Shown: piece by piece, positions 37,522 through 47,351 of the stretch
Position numbering within the stretch: the stretch's first letter is position 1
Layout: each line of letters opens with the position of its first letter
IMG/VR virus record: IMGVR_UViG_3300025864_000015
Location: 1 to 62,966 of that record
From: a virus
Taxonomy: Duplodnaviria > Caudoviricetes
Direction: 5' to 3' (one strand)
Length of the DNA: 62,966 nucleotides
The notes under the pieces: model-generated
Told to the model about the DNA's origin: nothing
Databases searched by the model: none
The model's input: only the letters and a program-made list of their open reading frames with translations
Translations under genes and position numbers: made by a program

Positions 37522-37842
37522 TCACGGAGCCACCGCGAACGCCACTGCCCACACCATCGGGTCCGCGTCCGTCGCCATTTTGTTGATCGTGTAGAAAGCT
37601 GTCAGGTAGGTGCCGATGCCGGTGTAGCCTTCGGCAACGGCGTCGTCGTGGGATATGGACCGCAGCAGTTCCTGCCACACGTCGAGGATGCGGACGTGGG
37701 CGAAGACGCTGGTGTTGTCGAGCATCCGGGTCTGGCACTGGTGGACAGCGCCGACGTTCCAGCGCTTCTTGCCGAGGCGGCGGGTCTGCGTCTTCGTGAG
37801 GGCGATGATGGGGGCGATGTGCTCTTGGCGGAAGAGGATCAC
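37522..37842 (-). CDS. ASCH-domain protein
   Basis: F......I....KTQTRR ... L..IS..DA.AEG. Confidence 0.75.
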   Translation of the reverse strand: MILFRQEHIAPIIALTKTQTRRLGKKRWNVGAVHQCQTRMLDNTSVFAHVRILDVWQELLRSISHDDAVAEGYTGIGTYLTAFYTINKMATDADPMVWAVAFAVAP

Positions 37843-38789
37843 GACGACACCGCCGGGAACTCGCGGGTGGTTTCCATCTCCACAACCTCGTGACACTCCT
37901 CGAAGGTAAGCCCGTGGTCGTGCAGGAGGCTTGCCCAGTTCGCGCCGCCGGGGTCACGACCCGATTTCTTTCCGTAGGTCTTTACCCCGTCGCCCCACTG
38001 CTTCCAGTAGAACAGTACCCCCGCCGCCTTGCACTGGCGGTACACATCCAGAGCCCACTTAGGCTCCATCGGCCGCGCCCCGGGGCCGGTCTCGCCGCCG
38101 AGGACTACCCAGTCGAGTTGCTGAATCATCCAGGGGTAGTAGATCTGCGAGCCGGTCACGAGTCGGTCAGGCCATGGCCTCCGTAGGTCCACCGCCCCCA
38201 GCATCGGCTCAATCGACACCCACCTCACCGCCGCCGGAGTGTCCAGCAGCAGCGGGATGTTGCGGCCGGCCTCGGCCTGGTTGCAGACGGTGGTGCCGAG
38301 CCAGAGGTTTGGGAGGCCGGACGCTCCGTGATGGCCGAGGATCGGATAGCCGGTGTGGTCGCTTGCATTGTCGTCCAGATACATGCCTCGGGTCCCCGGG
38401 CTGTCGAGACGAGCGCGCAGAGCGATATCGTGCATCCTTCCCGGCCTTTTGGTGAGCACCAGGAATGTGTGCGGCGTCTGCCCCTCAAGGCTGCGGTTCC
38501 AGTCCCGTCGCACCACGTCGAACACGCTGAGAATCTGCTCATCCGTGATCGCCTCGTGGAACAGGTCGCCCATGAAGCTCACGCCCACGACCCTCGGCTT
38601 GCGCCAGTGCAGCGGCTGCTCCAGGCGGTCGGCGTGGAAGGTGGGGGTGAATCCGTGCCCTGCCGTCAAGTGTGGCAGGTTGCGGTGAGTCATACGCTCG
38701 GCGTAGCAGTGATCGCAGCCCACTGAGATAGGCGAGCAGCCCGTTGTCACATTCCAGACTTCAGTGAGATAAGGAATTGCGGTGCTCAC
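37839..38789 (-). CDS. DUF5131 / phage Gp37-Gp68 radical-SAM-like protein
   Basis: WN..TGCS..S.GC.HCYA, M.DLFH, LTKRP, S.EP.LG, WV..GGETG..ARPM, KQWG. Confidence 0.88.
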   Translation of the reverse strand: MSTAIPYLTEVWNVTTGCSPISVGCDHCYAERMTHRNLPHLTAGHGFTPTFHADRLEQPLHWRKPRVVGVSFMGDLFHEAITDEQILSVFDVVRRDWNRSLEGQTPHTFLVLTKRPGRMHDIALRARLDSPGTRGMYLDDNASDHTGYPILGHHGASGLPNLWLGTTVCNQAEAGRNIPLLLDTPAAVRWVSIEPMLGAVDLRRPWPDRLVTGSQIYYPWMIQQLDWVVLGGETGPGARPMEPKWALDVYRQCKAAGVLFYWKQWGDGVKTYGKKSGRDPGGANWASLLHDHGLTFEECHEVVEMETTREFPAVSS

Positions 38790-39091
38790 AGCGCCCCCGC
38801 CCCGTCGTGTTTGGATGCCCGCGTCTTGAATGGCAGCCCGTACTCGCGCTTGAAGTAGCGGCTGAGCACGGAGGTCAGATGATCATTAAGCGCGAAGGTG
38901 TGCCCCTCTGCGGGCTGCAGTAGTCCCGAGCGGCGCAGCATGTGGCAGCAAAAATCCATGCTCGTCCAGCCGTGCTCGAGTAGGTCGCGCTCGGCCGTCT
39001 CGCGGATGAAGTCCTCGGCGCCGGGATTGGCGGCGAGGAAGTGGGCGGCCTCGGATTCGACTTGGGTGGCTAGGGTTAGTTGTGCGGTCAC
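38786..39091 (-). CDS. Hypothetical protein
   Basis: F...NP......F.LN......SR......F.TR pattern. Confidence 0.55.
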   Translation of the reverse strand: MTAQLTLATQVESEAAHFLAANPGAEDFIRETAERDLLEHGWTSMDFCCHMLRRSGLLQPAEGHTFALNDHLTSVLSRYFKREYGLPFKTRASKHDGAGAL

Positions 39092-39585
39092 GATGCCACC
39101 GCGATCTGCTTGACTGGGGCGTCGCAGCCGAGCCGCAGCACCGCGTCTCCGATGGCCTGTTTGCGGAACTTGCCGTAGGCGTCGATGAAGTCGCGGCGCA
39201 CGAAGCCAAGTTGCGGTGCCTCGTGCATCACGGACACGCCGCCCAAGGAACGCACCGCTTTCCCGACGGCGGGTGACGACCAATCCCACGTCCACGTCCC
39301 GCTGTCGCCGCCGTCGAACCTGCGGACTGCCGCCTCGACTTCCAGCCACGCATCTTCGGCCGCCGGCAAGCCGCACGCCCGTTCCGCCACCATCTCGCGA
39401 ATCGCGGCGATGGACGGCAGGTAGGTTCTGGTCTTCACTAGCTCGTCAACGGCCGCGGATACGGCGTTGATGTCGAGGTCGCTGATTGCCTTGGCGAACA
39501 CGGCGACTGACTCAGGCGGGAACGTTCCCTGTGGCCATGCCGCGCGGATGATGCCGACCAAGCGGGCGGCGTCAGTCTGTTTCAT
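39088..39585 (-). CDS. Helicase loader/inhibitor (G39P-like)
   Basis: I.AAWP...DL....V..AV......Y.PSIA.IR...AW.EV...R.DF...Y. Confidence 0.7.
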   Translation of the reverse strand: MKQTDAARLVGIIRAAWPQGTFPPESVAVFAKAISDLDINAVSAAVDELVKTRTYLPSIAAIREMVAERACGLPAAEDAWLEVEAAVRRFDGGDSGTWTWDWSSPAVGKAVRSLGGVSVMHEAPQLGFVRRDFIDAYGKFRKQAIGDAVLRLGCDAPVKQIAVAS

Positions 39586-40393
39586 TTGTTTGATCCTCCA
39601 TGAAGTCGGCGGAGTCTGCCGCCGCGAAGATGTCTGCCGCGCTCATGCTTCTCGACCCATCGCCGGTCCCGGCCCCGGCGGCTACACCGTGCAGCCATTC
39701 AAGATAGGGAACGTCCGGCCCGATGAACGTCGAGCCGTGCATGATGAACCTCGGCTCGGTATGACTTGTTCGGCAGTGGTCGGCATAGATTCGGGCCGCC
39801 GCGACCATCTCGGCGGGGACGTTCTTGTCCTTGACCCGCGCCATCCACGCCCTGAGCGCCGTCTTCTTCTTGTACTTGCGTGGGTAGTATTGCCAGAAGT
39901 CCTCAAACTCGGCCACGCTAGTGGCCATAAGCTCTTGGTTTGTACTGTCTGTCTGTTGTGTGTGTTTGTTGGTTGTGTTTGTACCGGCGCCGTCACACGG
40001 AGCGTCCGCGTCCTGTCCGGTGGACGTGCCACGGACACGCGATTGTGCCTTCCGCGCCCTGTCCGATTCACGCTTCGCCAGAAGGCGTCCGGCGTACTCG
40101 TTCCAGTCGTGAATGCGCCGGTCTGGGTCGATGAACCCGGCTTGAGCTAGCGACTGGACGAGTAGAGTCGCATCGCCTTGATACCGACACCCCTTAGCCA
40201 CTTGACGGTCGCTGAACTTCGACAAATCGCCGTCCTGAGCGTAGTCAAGTGCCCAGTACCAGAGGTAGTGAAGCAGCCCGGCGGCGGCGAAGTCGGCGAC
40301 ATCGTTCGGCACACTGCCGTTGAAGAGGAGTTCGGCGAGGTGATCCTTCTTCGGATGGTCGCGGAGGGTCTGGTGTGACTCCATCCATGCCAT
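39572..40393 (-). CDS. Replication initiator protein
   Basis: N-terminal domain as in 36849..37388, low-complexity linker, C-terminal FE.FW..YPRK..K..A..AW...FI.H.STF. Confidence 0.75.
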   Translation of the reverse strand: MAWMESHQTLRDHPKKDHLAELLFNGSVPNDVADFAAAGLLHYLWYWALDYAQDGDLSKFSDRQVAKGCRYQGDATLLVQSLAQAGFIDPDRRIHDWNEYAGRLLAKRESDRARKAQSRVRGTSTGQDADAPCDGAGTNTTNKHTQQTDSTNQELMATSVAEFEDFWQYYPRKYKKKTALRAWMARVKDKNVPAEMVAAARIYADHCRTSHTEPRFIMHGSTFIGPDVPYLEWLHGVAAGAGTGDGSRSMSAADIFAAADSADFMEDQTNETD

Positions 40394-40394
40394 A

Positions 40395-41444
40395 TCACCT
40401 CACCATCCCAGCAGCCCGAGCCAGCAGCGTGAACGCTGCCGCCATTGTCTGAGGCACCCGTCCGTTACCGAGTGCTCGCAGTCGGTCCACCCGCGAGGCC
40501 ACCCCTGTAGCCACTCGACCCACGTAGGGTTCAGAGAGCCAGTTATCACGTTCACGCCATGACTCTGCAGGCCGCTGCGACGATTCGCTGTCGGGGTCGG
40601 CATCTGTTTCGCTACGTCCGATGCCAGTGCGTTCCCCTGGCCACCATTCAGACACGGTCCGCCCCTCGCGGCACTCGGCGTCGCCCACGTCTTCACGCAC
40701 TGATGGAGTTGCGCCTGCCTCCCGTCTAGGCGGCTCTGCGCCGATCCCGCCCCGGTCGCATCGCAGGTGTTCGGCGTCGGCCACGTCTGCCGGGTCGCAC
40801 CACCACGGGCTACCCGTGTCACCAGGTCGTCCCCGCCACTCCCCTCGCGATTCGTCCTCGCGAAGTCCGGGTCGCTGGGGCTGCCCTTCGGCGTCGGCCA
40901 ACTCGCCGCGATCGCCTGCCCCGTCAGATGCGACTCGTCCGTCATGCCGGGATGCTCGCCGTAGATTGCTCGCGGAGTACGCCAGAATCCACAGCCGCTT
41001 GCGTCGATGCGGGGCACCGACATCGTCTGCTCCCAGCACGCACCACTCCGCATCGAACCCCGCTTCGGCCAGGTCTCCGAGTACGGTTCCGAAGTATCCT
41101 GAGCTGAGAAGTCCAGGCACATTCTCGAAGAAGCCCAGCGGTGCTCCGCTTTCGACCAGTACACGAACGGCGTGTGGCCACATGTTGCGGGGATCGTCCT
41201 CGCCGAGCCGCTTCCCGGCCTGACTAAATGGCTGGCAGGGGAATCCTCCGGTGACAATGTCGCAGGAGCCGGGGGCCGGGTGGAAGTCTCGCACGTCGCT
41301 ATGGCAGGGCACGTCGGGGAATCGGGCGGCGAGCACGCGCTGGCAGTAGGCGTCGTGCTCGACGAACTGGACGGGTTCCCATCCGAGCAGCAGGCTGCCG
41401 AGCAGTCCGCCGCCGGCTCCGGTGAAGAGGGAGAGTTCGCGCAA
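40395..41444 (-). CDS. DNA cytosine-5 methyltransferase, catalytic frame (motifs I-VIII and X)
   Basis: SLF.GAGG, GFPCQPFS, ENV, GAPH.RKR.W, RL.ALGNG. Confidence 0.9.
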   Translation of the reverse strand: MRELSLFTGAGGGLLGSLLLGWEPVQFVEHDAYCQRVLAARFPDVPCHSDVRDFHPAPGSCDIVTGGFPCQPFSQAGKRLGEDDPRNMWPHAVRVLVESGAPLGFFENVPGLLSSGYFGTVLGDLAEAGFDAEWCVLGADDVGAPHRRKRLWILAYSASNLRRASRHDGRVASDGAGDRGELADAEGQPQRPGLREDESRGEWRGRPGDTGSPWWCDPADVADAEHLRCDRGGIGAEPPRREAGATPSVREDVGDAECREGRTVSEWWPGERTGIGRSETDADPDSESSQRPAESWRERDNWLSEPYVGRVATGVASRVDRLRALGNGRVPQTMAAAFTLLARAAGMVR

Positions 41445-41449
41445 ATCAC
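40400..41449 (-). CDS. Overlapping alternative-frame MTase subunit with WPTP-type repeats and a motif IX-like segment
   Basis: WRTP/WPTP/WPTP/WATP/MPTP repeats, LNPTWVEWLQGWP.GWT; GTG overlaps the upstream stop. Confidence 0.65.
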   Translation of the reverse strand: MICANSPSSPEPAADCSAACCSDGNPSSSSSTTPTASACSPPDSPTCPAIATCETSTRPPAPATLSPEDSPASHLVRPGSGSARTIPATCGHTPFVYWSKAEHRWASSRMCLDFSAQDTSEPYSETWPKRGSMRSGACWEQTMSVPRIDASGCGFWRTPRAIYGEHPGMTDESHLTGQAIAASWPTPKGSPSDPDFARTNREGSGGDDLVTRVARGGATRQTWPTPNTCDATGAGSAQSRLDGRQAQLHQCVKTWATPSAARGGPCLNGGQGNALASDVAKQMPTPTANRRSGLQSHGVNVITGSLNPTWVEWLQGWPRGWTDCEHSVTDGCLRQWRQRSRCWLGLLGW

Positions 41450-41953
41450 AGCCCCTCTCCCGCCAACGCCTTGACGCTCGCCGCGATGGCGCCCTCAATC
41501 CCAGCCCTGAACCCGTCGAACTCCTCGCGCAGCTTGGCGATGTCGTCAACGCATTCGGCCAGGATCATGCCGGGCAGATCGGGACTCTCGTCCGGCGGCT
41601 CGACCTCGATGTCGTCGGCCCGGACGAAGTGTTCGCAGGCGAGCATGTCCTGTCCGAGCTTGTCGCAGTCTGGTTCGTAGCAGTTGCGGCACGATTTGGT
41701 AGTCATGGGCCCTCCTTCGTGCAGGAGTCGCCCTTGGTGCATATGCGCACCGTGTAGCCGAGGAGGGACAGGTCCGCCGTCGTCACTGTTTCGAGGTCGA
41801 CGAGCTTCGGGTGTGCGGCCTCGAAGGCGTCGAGGATACGGAACACATCGAGCGCTTGGATCGTTACCAGCTTCCCAAACCCACTCGGCGAAAGTACATG
41901 GCCAAGCGTCGGTACCAGCTCGCGCATCTGCTCCCGCAGTTCGTGCAGCGGGG

Positions 41954-42274
41954 TCATGGGGCAACCTCCGTGTCGAGGCGCAACTGGCCGTGCAGGAGCA
42001 TGTGGTGGAGACGGCACAGCCAACGCACGTCGAGCGGCTTGGCGTAGTCGTCATGGTGGCCGTGGATACTCTCGGTCGTGCCGCAGTTCTCGCCCATCTT
42101 TCCCCACACGTCCACATCGAAGAAGTTGGCCCGCTCGACGTACTCGCCGTTCTGCTTGACGCGCTCATTCACGGCCACGCCGAGTTGACAGATTGCGTAC
42201 TCACCGGCCTGTCGCAACTCGGGGTCTCGCGTCAGGTTCCCAACGATGACGACGACGTTGACTGATGCACTCAT
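41954..42274 (-). pseudogene. ssb: Truncated SSB fused in frame to an HNH-like C-terminal remnant
   Basis: VN.V...GNLTRDPELR...VAVN...FFDV.VWG..ENC followed by HHDDY.KPLDVRWLC..HH. Confidence 0.7.
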
Positions 42275-42813
42275 GTGATCTCCTCAAGGACGGATGCGGG
42301 TACAGTGCCTTGGGCGGCGAGATGGCGGTAGACGACGAGAAGCCGCCTGAATGTAGTGAGGCGGGTGCGCTTGTTTCCCAACAAGCCCGGCACCGACCGT
42401 GCAGACCGACGAAGAATCCGGGCCAGGTCATCCCATCCGTATCCGGCTCGCTCGATCTCGCTGATGAGTCGGCGAGTCTTCCATCCGTCGACCCATGCGC
42501 CATCGTCCGCAGTGACCCCGAAGATGGCGTCCTTGGTCCGGGGAAGGACTTGCCTCACCTTGCCGCTCGCGATCTGCTCGATGGCGCTCGGCGACATCCC
42601 TGTTACCGTCGCTACTCTGCGCGGCGAGACGCCTTCCGCCCGGAGTTGCCTGATCCTCCGGGCCACCGGGGCGGCGTCCTGCATTCCCGTGCCATCGCGA
42701 CGACGACGACGGGCATTTGAGGCTGCGTTCCTTGTGGCGTGAGCGGCCCGGCAGTCGTCACAACGGCAGCCGCTGCGGTACGTCCAGTCCTTTCCGTGAG
42801 TCATTTCGCCCAC
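42271..42813 (-). CDS. HTH protein with N-terminal HG..Y..GCRC..CR module
   Basis: I..L...G.S...VA..TG.S...I..I.SG. Confidence 0.65.
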   Translation of the reverse strand: MGEMTHGKDWTYRSGCRCDDCRAAHATRNAASNARRRRRDGTGMQDAAPVARRIRQLRAEGVSPRRVATVTGMSPSAIEQIASGKVRQVLPRTKDAIFGVTADDGAWVDGWKTRRLISEIERAGYGWDDLARILRRSARSVPGLLGNKRTRLTTFRRLLVVYRHLAAQGTVPASVLEEIT

Positions 42814-43212
42814 TCCTTCACAGCCCAGCCCGAGAACGACAGGGCCTCACCATGCGTCAGTTCCCGCAGCCCCCGCCCGCCGTACTCGGCGTCGATGTGA
42901 ATCTGCCACACTGACAGCGGCAGGTGAGCGAGCGCGTCATTGAGCAGGCGCAGGTCGTGGTTTGTGCAGGGGCGGTTGGGGTCGGAGGTGGGGTGACGGA
43001 ATGTCACGCCTTCACCGTCGCCGCGCGCTCGGGATGCTCGCCGCACCAGTTGACATCCGTGTACAGGATTAGCGGCCAAGCCGCCTGCCCGAAATAGGCT
43101 GGGTCTTGCTCGACCACCGGAGCGTTCTTGCAGCACCAGCCAGCCTCGAGGTATGCCGGGCTGTATTCGGGCTGCAGCTTGCACCACGGGCACGTCTTAC
43201 AGGTTGCGTCGC

Positions 43213-43848
43213 TCACGCCTTCCCCCTCGCGTTGCGCGCCTTGACCTCTGCGGCGTCCATGCCGGGAATTTGGCCGTCTAAGGCGTCGGTAGAGCCATCC
43301 TGCTCCGCGTCGTCCTCTAGGCCCGTCCCTGTATCACCTTGGCCTATGTCCGCATGCGGCGCGTCGTCGGTGAAGCCGATGTCGTCGTCGACCTCTCCGG
43401 TGACGGGGTCGACGGTGGCGGGCGGGGTGGCGGTGCCGGTGGGGACAAGGGTGACCTGACGCGCCTTCTTCCGCGAGTTCTCTTGGAACTCGAAGCGCAC
43501 AGGCTCCGTCATCTCCGGCGACCCCATGACCCGGATTCCGCCCACAGTCCGCTTGCCGATCTTGACCGTCGGATCGTTCTTGATGGTGATGCGATGGCCT
43601 ACCCAGTCGACTGGGGACGGCGAACCGAAGATTTGCGTCATGAACTCGCAGTTGGTTATGTTCGTGACCCACTTGATTCCCGTCGTCTCTGCGTCGCGAA
43701 TGGTCAAAATGCAGTGCGTCTTCTCGTCTTCGGTCAGCCCCGTCTCTTCGGCCGTGATGCGGAACGTCTTGCCGGTGGTCGGCAGGTCGACGCCACGCAG
43801 GCTGTTTGACGAGAAGTACGTGCGATAGTGCCTCTTGTCGTCGCTCAC
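43213..43848 (-). CDS. Putative ssDNA-binding/annealing protein with acidic tail
   Basis: N.TN......FGS....W.G..I....GGIRV; acidic C-terminus; next to the RecE-like gene. Confidence 0.5.
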   Translation of the reverse strand: MSDDKRHYRTYFSSNSLRGVDLPTTGKTFRITAEETGLTEDEKTHCILTIRDAETTGIKWVTNITNCEFMTQIFGSPSPVDWVGHRITIKNDPTVKIGKRTVGGIRVMGSPEMTEPVRFEFQENSRKKARQVTLVPTGTATPPATVDPVTGEVDDDIGFTDDAPHADIGQGDTGTGLEDDAEQDGSTDALDGQIPGMDAAEVKARNARGKA

Positions 43849-44681
43849 AGTCGTGCTCCGTCCCGGGGCGCGAGCCCCTCAAGAATCTTGATTTCGGCCG
43901 CGTCGGCGCGTTCTCCCTGCGCGTAGAACCACGCCGGAAGGTCGAATGTGTCTTCGTCCGGGTAGGCTCCCGGCCATGTACCAGAAGCGGTGCAGTCGGC
44001 AACTAGGCGCAGCAGCCGGCGTCGTTCCTGTTCGCCGCAGTAGATGGCGTCTTCGGCGATGGGGCCGCAACGTACGGACCACGGTCCCTTTTGCTTGACC
44101 GCAATGAAGCGGAATCCGCAGTCCTGGCCCGTGACGGCCTTGACCCCGGCGGTGTAGTGCGCCGCGGACAGGTGGTAGAGGAGGTCGTGAGTGGTGCGCT
44201 CAAAGGACCGCGGGGTGATGTCTTTGCTCGACTTCAGATCCGTGATCCAGCCACAGTCAAGGTCGAGCCAGTCCAGCCGCGCCTTGCAGTCCAGGCCGGT
44301 CTCTTCGTCGACCCACTGGAGCGTGTGCTCGAAGACGCCAGACGCGAGGTATCCGGCGGCGAATGGATGCGACTGGACGGAGTTGCGAGCGCCGATACAG
44401 TCGTCATAATCGGCCGACGAAAGGACCTCGACGCCCTCGGGGACCGTTTTGATGAAGGCGTGGTACTCCTTCGTGGTGCGCGGCCCAGGCCAGAGGACGT
44501 ACCGCCGGAAGAACTCGTCGGGCTCCAGTACGGCGCAGTGGATCGCGCGACCCTTGAACATCGCCGGCGTGTCTGCCTTGGGGTGGGTCAGCGCCCATTG
44601 GTATTCCTCGGCGCTCTCAGAGGCCGCCTTCAGACTGCTGGCGTTCACGGCGTCGAGCTGGCAGTAGGCGGAAAAGTTCAT
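43845..44681 (-). CDS. RecE/exonuclease VIII-like PD-(D/E)XK nuclease (DUF3799-like)
   Basis: S.LK, G.A.H..VLEP, CKARLD, DLKS, YH.SAA.Y. Confidence 0.85.
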   Translation of the reverse strand: MNFSAYCQLDAVNASSLKAASESAEEYQWALTHPKADTPAMFKGRAIHCAVLEPDEFFRRYVLWPGPRTTKEYHAFIKTVPEGVEVLSSADYDDCIGARNSVQSHPFAAGYLASGVFEHTLQWVDEETGLDCKARLDWLDLDCGWITDLKSSKDITPRSFERTTHDLLYHLSAAHYTAGVKAVTGQDCGFRFIAVKQKGPWSVRCGPIAEDAIYCGEQERRRLLRLVADCTASGTWPGAYPDEDTFDLPAWFYAQGERADAAEIKILEGLAPRDGARL

Positions 44682-44925
44682 GCCACCACCACCTTCCGCG
44701 CCGCCTGCCGAGCCTCGTAGGCGGTGTCAATCGCCGTCTCAGCCGCGTCCTTGCTGTAGTGGAACGTGGCCACGAGCATCTCGACGGCGATGTCGGCCTT
44801 GTCCTCGAGCTCGTCGCGATAGCTGCACAGCACCCGGATCTGCATCTCGCGCAGGGCCAGCGCCCGTTCGTGGGCCTTCTCGATGTCGCCGAGCTGGCGG
44901 CGGATGGCGTCGAAGCGGGTCACGG

Positions 44926-45333
44926 TCACGCCTTGACCGTGACGGCCGCGCCGTGTGCCAGCACGGACTCGGGACATATCCACTCGTACACCGGCTCCTC
45001 GACCTCGATGGTCGGCACCCGCTCCAGCGCCTCGGGGTCGGGCTTCTCGACGGTCACGGTGCCGGTCTGCACGCGCTCGCAAAACGTCTTCCGGCCGATG
45101 CTGAGATCAAGACGGTGCGGCCCGAAGCGGCGAGTCATGGTGTACCAGTTTTCCGAGATGGTCTTCACGGACGTGCCAAGCGTGGCCGTCTGCTCCGCCA
45201 TCTCCTCGGGGCTGTAGGCGAATAGGTTGACCGTCTCGCCGTATTGTCTTTCGAACAACGTCGGGTGCTGCTCTGCGAAGTCGGCCAGTTCGCGCAGGCC
45301 GCTGATCCAGTTCTCTGTTGTTTTGGTCATCAC
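44926..45333 (-). CDS. Conserved phage hypothetical protein
   Basis: GLRELADF.E.HP ... CERV..GT..V...E...YEW.CP. Confidence 0.6.
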   Translation of the reverse strand: MMTKTTENWISGLRELADFAEQHPTLFERQYGETVNLFAYSPEEMAEQTATLGTSVKTISENWYTMTRRFGPHRLDLSIGRKTFCERVQTGTVTVEKPDPEALERVPTIEVEEPVYEWICPESVLAHGAAVTVKA

Positions 45334-45703
45334 GCATCCCTCCCACAGCCGCTCATTTCCAGAAACGCCTCAGTGTCGAACTCGGCCCCGAACCCCTGCT
45401 CGTACAGGGCATTGGCGAATCCGTCCGCCGTGCCGATGGCCAGTTCGCTACGCATGCCGTGGTCGCCGATCCGCTTGAACTTGGCCGCGACCTGGCAGGC
45501 GATGTCCTCGAGCTCCCGGACTGCCCGGTATGACTCACAACCGGGGACGCCGGACGGGCTTTCGCGGCAGGTGAACGCGCCGGTGTCCGTCTCGGTGTCC
45601 GCGTCCTTGCAGGATTCGCAGGGCTCGCGCGATATCAGCGGGGTGGGCGTCATGCGGTGTCCGCAGGCTTCCGCCACGTCTTCGATGGTGCAGGTGCGAA
45701 GGT

Positions 45704-46303
45704 TCACGACCCCACCTCGGAGGAGGCACTTGGCGGGCAGATACCCATGAGCAATCCGATGACGGTGTCGTCCTTCAGAAATAAAGCCGGACGGTGCCAA
45801 TCGACATCGACTAGTACGCCGTCCGATATGGCCGTCAGCGCGTCCCAGGACGCAGTGCTGAACCGCAGCCAAACGCCGCCCTCGCCCACAACGTCCATGA
45901 GGTCGCCGCGGCGCTCCGTCTTCGCGACCGGCACGAGGTCGGCTTTGGCGAGAGCCTTGCCGATGAAGTCGTTGAGGAATCCGGCTCCGGGTTCCTTCCA
46001 TGCGCTGTGCACGCCTATCGCCGCGAACCCGTCCTCGTTCTTTGCTGCCTCGGCGACTACCTCTCGTGCCCCCTTGCCGCGAAAGACATCGACGGGTCCA
46101 ATCGCGAACGTGTTCGATGCGATGCCGCGCGAGAGGTCGACGATGAACGTGGCCCCACGCTTGACTTTGATTCTCGGACGCGAGTGCGCAGCCTCAACGG
46201 CGTTGATCTCTTCGATGATCGCGGACGTACTCCAGGTGGTAACGGGCGGCGCTCCTGGCTCCGTGTAGAAGAAAACCTCCCGCAGTTCGTCAAAGGCGCT
46301 CAT
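45704..46303 (-). CDS. Mosaic hypothetical protein
   Basis: Coupled ORF; shares ELRE...EAAH module with 41703..41957. Confidence 0.5.
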   Translation of the reverse strand: MSAFDELREVFFYTEPGAPPVTTWSTSAIIEEINAVEAAHSRPRIKVKRGATFIVDLSRGIASNTFAIGPVDVFRGKGAREVVAEAAKNEDGFAAIGVHSAWKEPGAGFLNDFIGKALAKADLVPVAKTERRGDLMDVVGEGGVWLRFSTASWDALTAISDGVLVDVDWHRPALFLKDDTVIGLLMGICPPSASSEVGS

Positions 46304-47272
46304 GCCGTCCCCCAGTACGGGTCCCTCGTGTCTCCGCCCTCTGCCGCGAGTGCGTCCATGGCCAGCGAGACGATGCACGGATCGTTGATGTCGATGCAGC
46401 CAAACTGCCGGTCGTTCATCGGGCAGTCTCCGCAGCGGTAGTCGGAGCAGTACGCGACCAGCGCCTTGTGGCGCTCGCTGGGGGCGCTCATGGCTGCACC
46501 CAGTCACACAGCACCCGGGCATGTTCGTGATGCAGCATGAACGAGGCGAGCTTGCGCACGGCCACGTATTCGGGCTCGATCTTGTGGATATCGACGATGG
46601 CGACGGGTTCGCCTCTGGTTTCGGCGACCTTGGCGGCGGTGCGGCGGGCCTTCATCAGTCCGTAGGGGCTGCGAGTCATGGCTTCACTCGGAACACGGGG
46701 TGCCGAGCGTCGACGACGAACCAGCGACCATCGGGGCGCATGAACTCGACGTGGGCGCCGCACATACGCGCGCCCGCCACCTCGACCCACGCCCCCGTGT
46801 ACGGCGACTGCGTCATCGCATCTTTCGGCACGCCGTGGTGCGCGGCGCGGCGGGCGGTGACGGGGCGGCTCACGACATCCACCTGTCCGCCGTAACCATG
46901 ATCGCCAGCACGGCGACGCAGACAACGGCGACGAAGTAGAGCGGGTGGGCGAGCAGGAAGCCGACGAGGTAGCACGCGCCGACGATAACGGCGACGAGCA
47001 CGAGGTCGAAGAGAATGGCGAGTGCGAGGCCGCGAGCGGCGCCAAGGCCGTCGTCGCGGTGGCTCGTGTCCGAAGCGTGACCGGACACCGCTTCGGTAGT
47101 AGGATGACGATAGCTCGTGGCCTTCGTGACTGTTCGCTGCGGGGCTTCTACCGGGGCTGCCCCTGCGCTAACGGGGGCGGCCCCAACTTTCGTTGGGTGC
47201 ATGGCTCCTCCAAGCCTTGCGTGCGGGACGAAACGGTTAGTGCATTCGGCTCCCCCTCATTCGACTACCGAC

Positions 47273-47302
47273 ACCCTACAACTATCCTTGGGCGGATGTC
47301 AA
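47273..47302 (-). promoter_or_regulatory. Leftward early promoter
   Basis: Minus strand TTGACA-N18-TAGGGT. Confidence 0.6.
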
Positions 47303-47351
47303 TACTATCTGCGAGAAAGTTTGTTTCCCATGGCGCGGTGGTATCGTCCTT

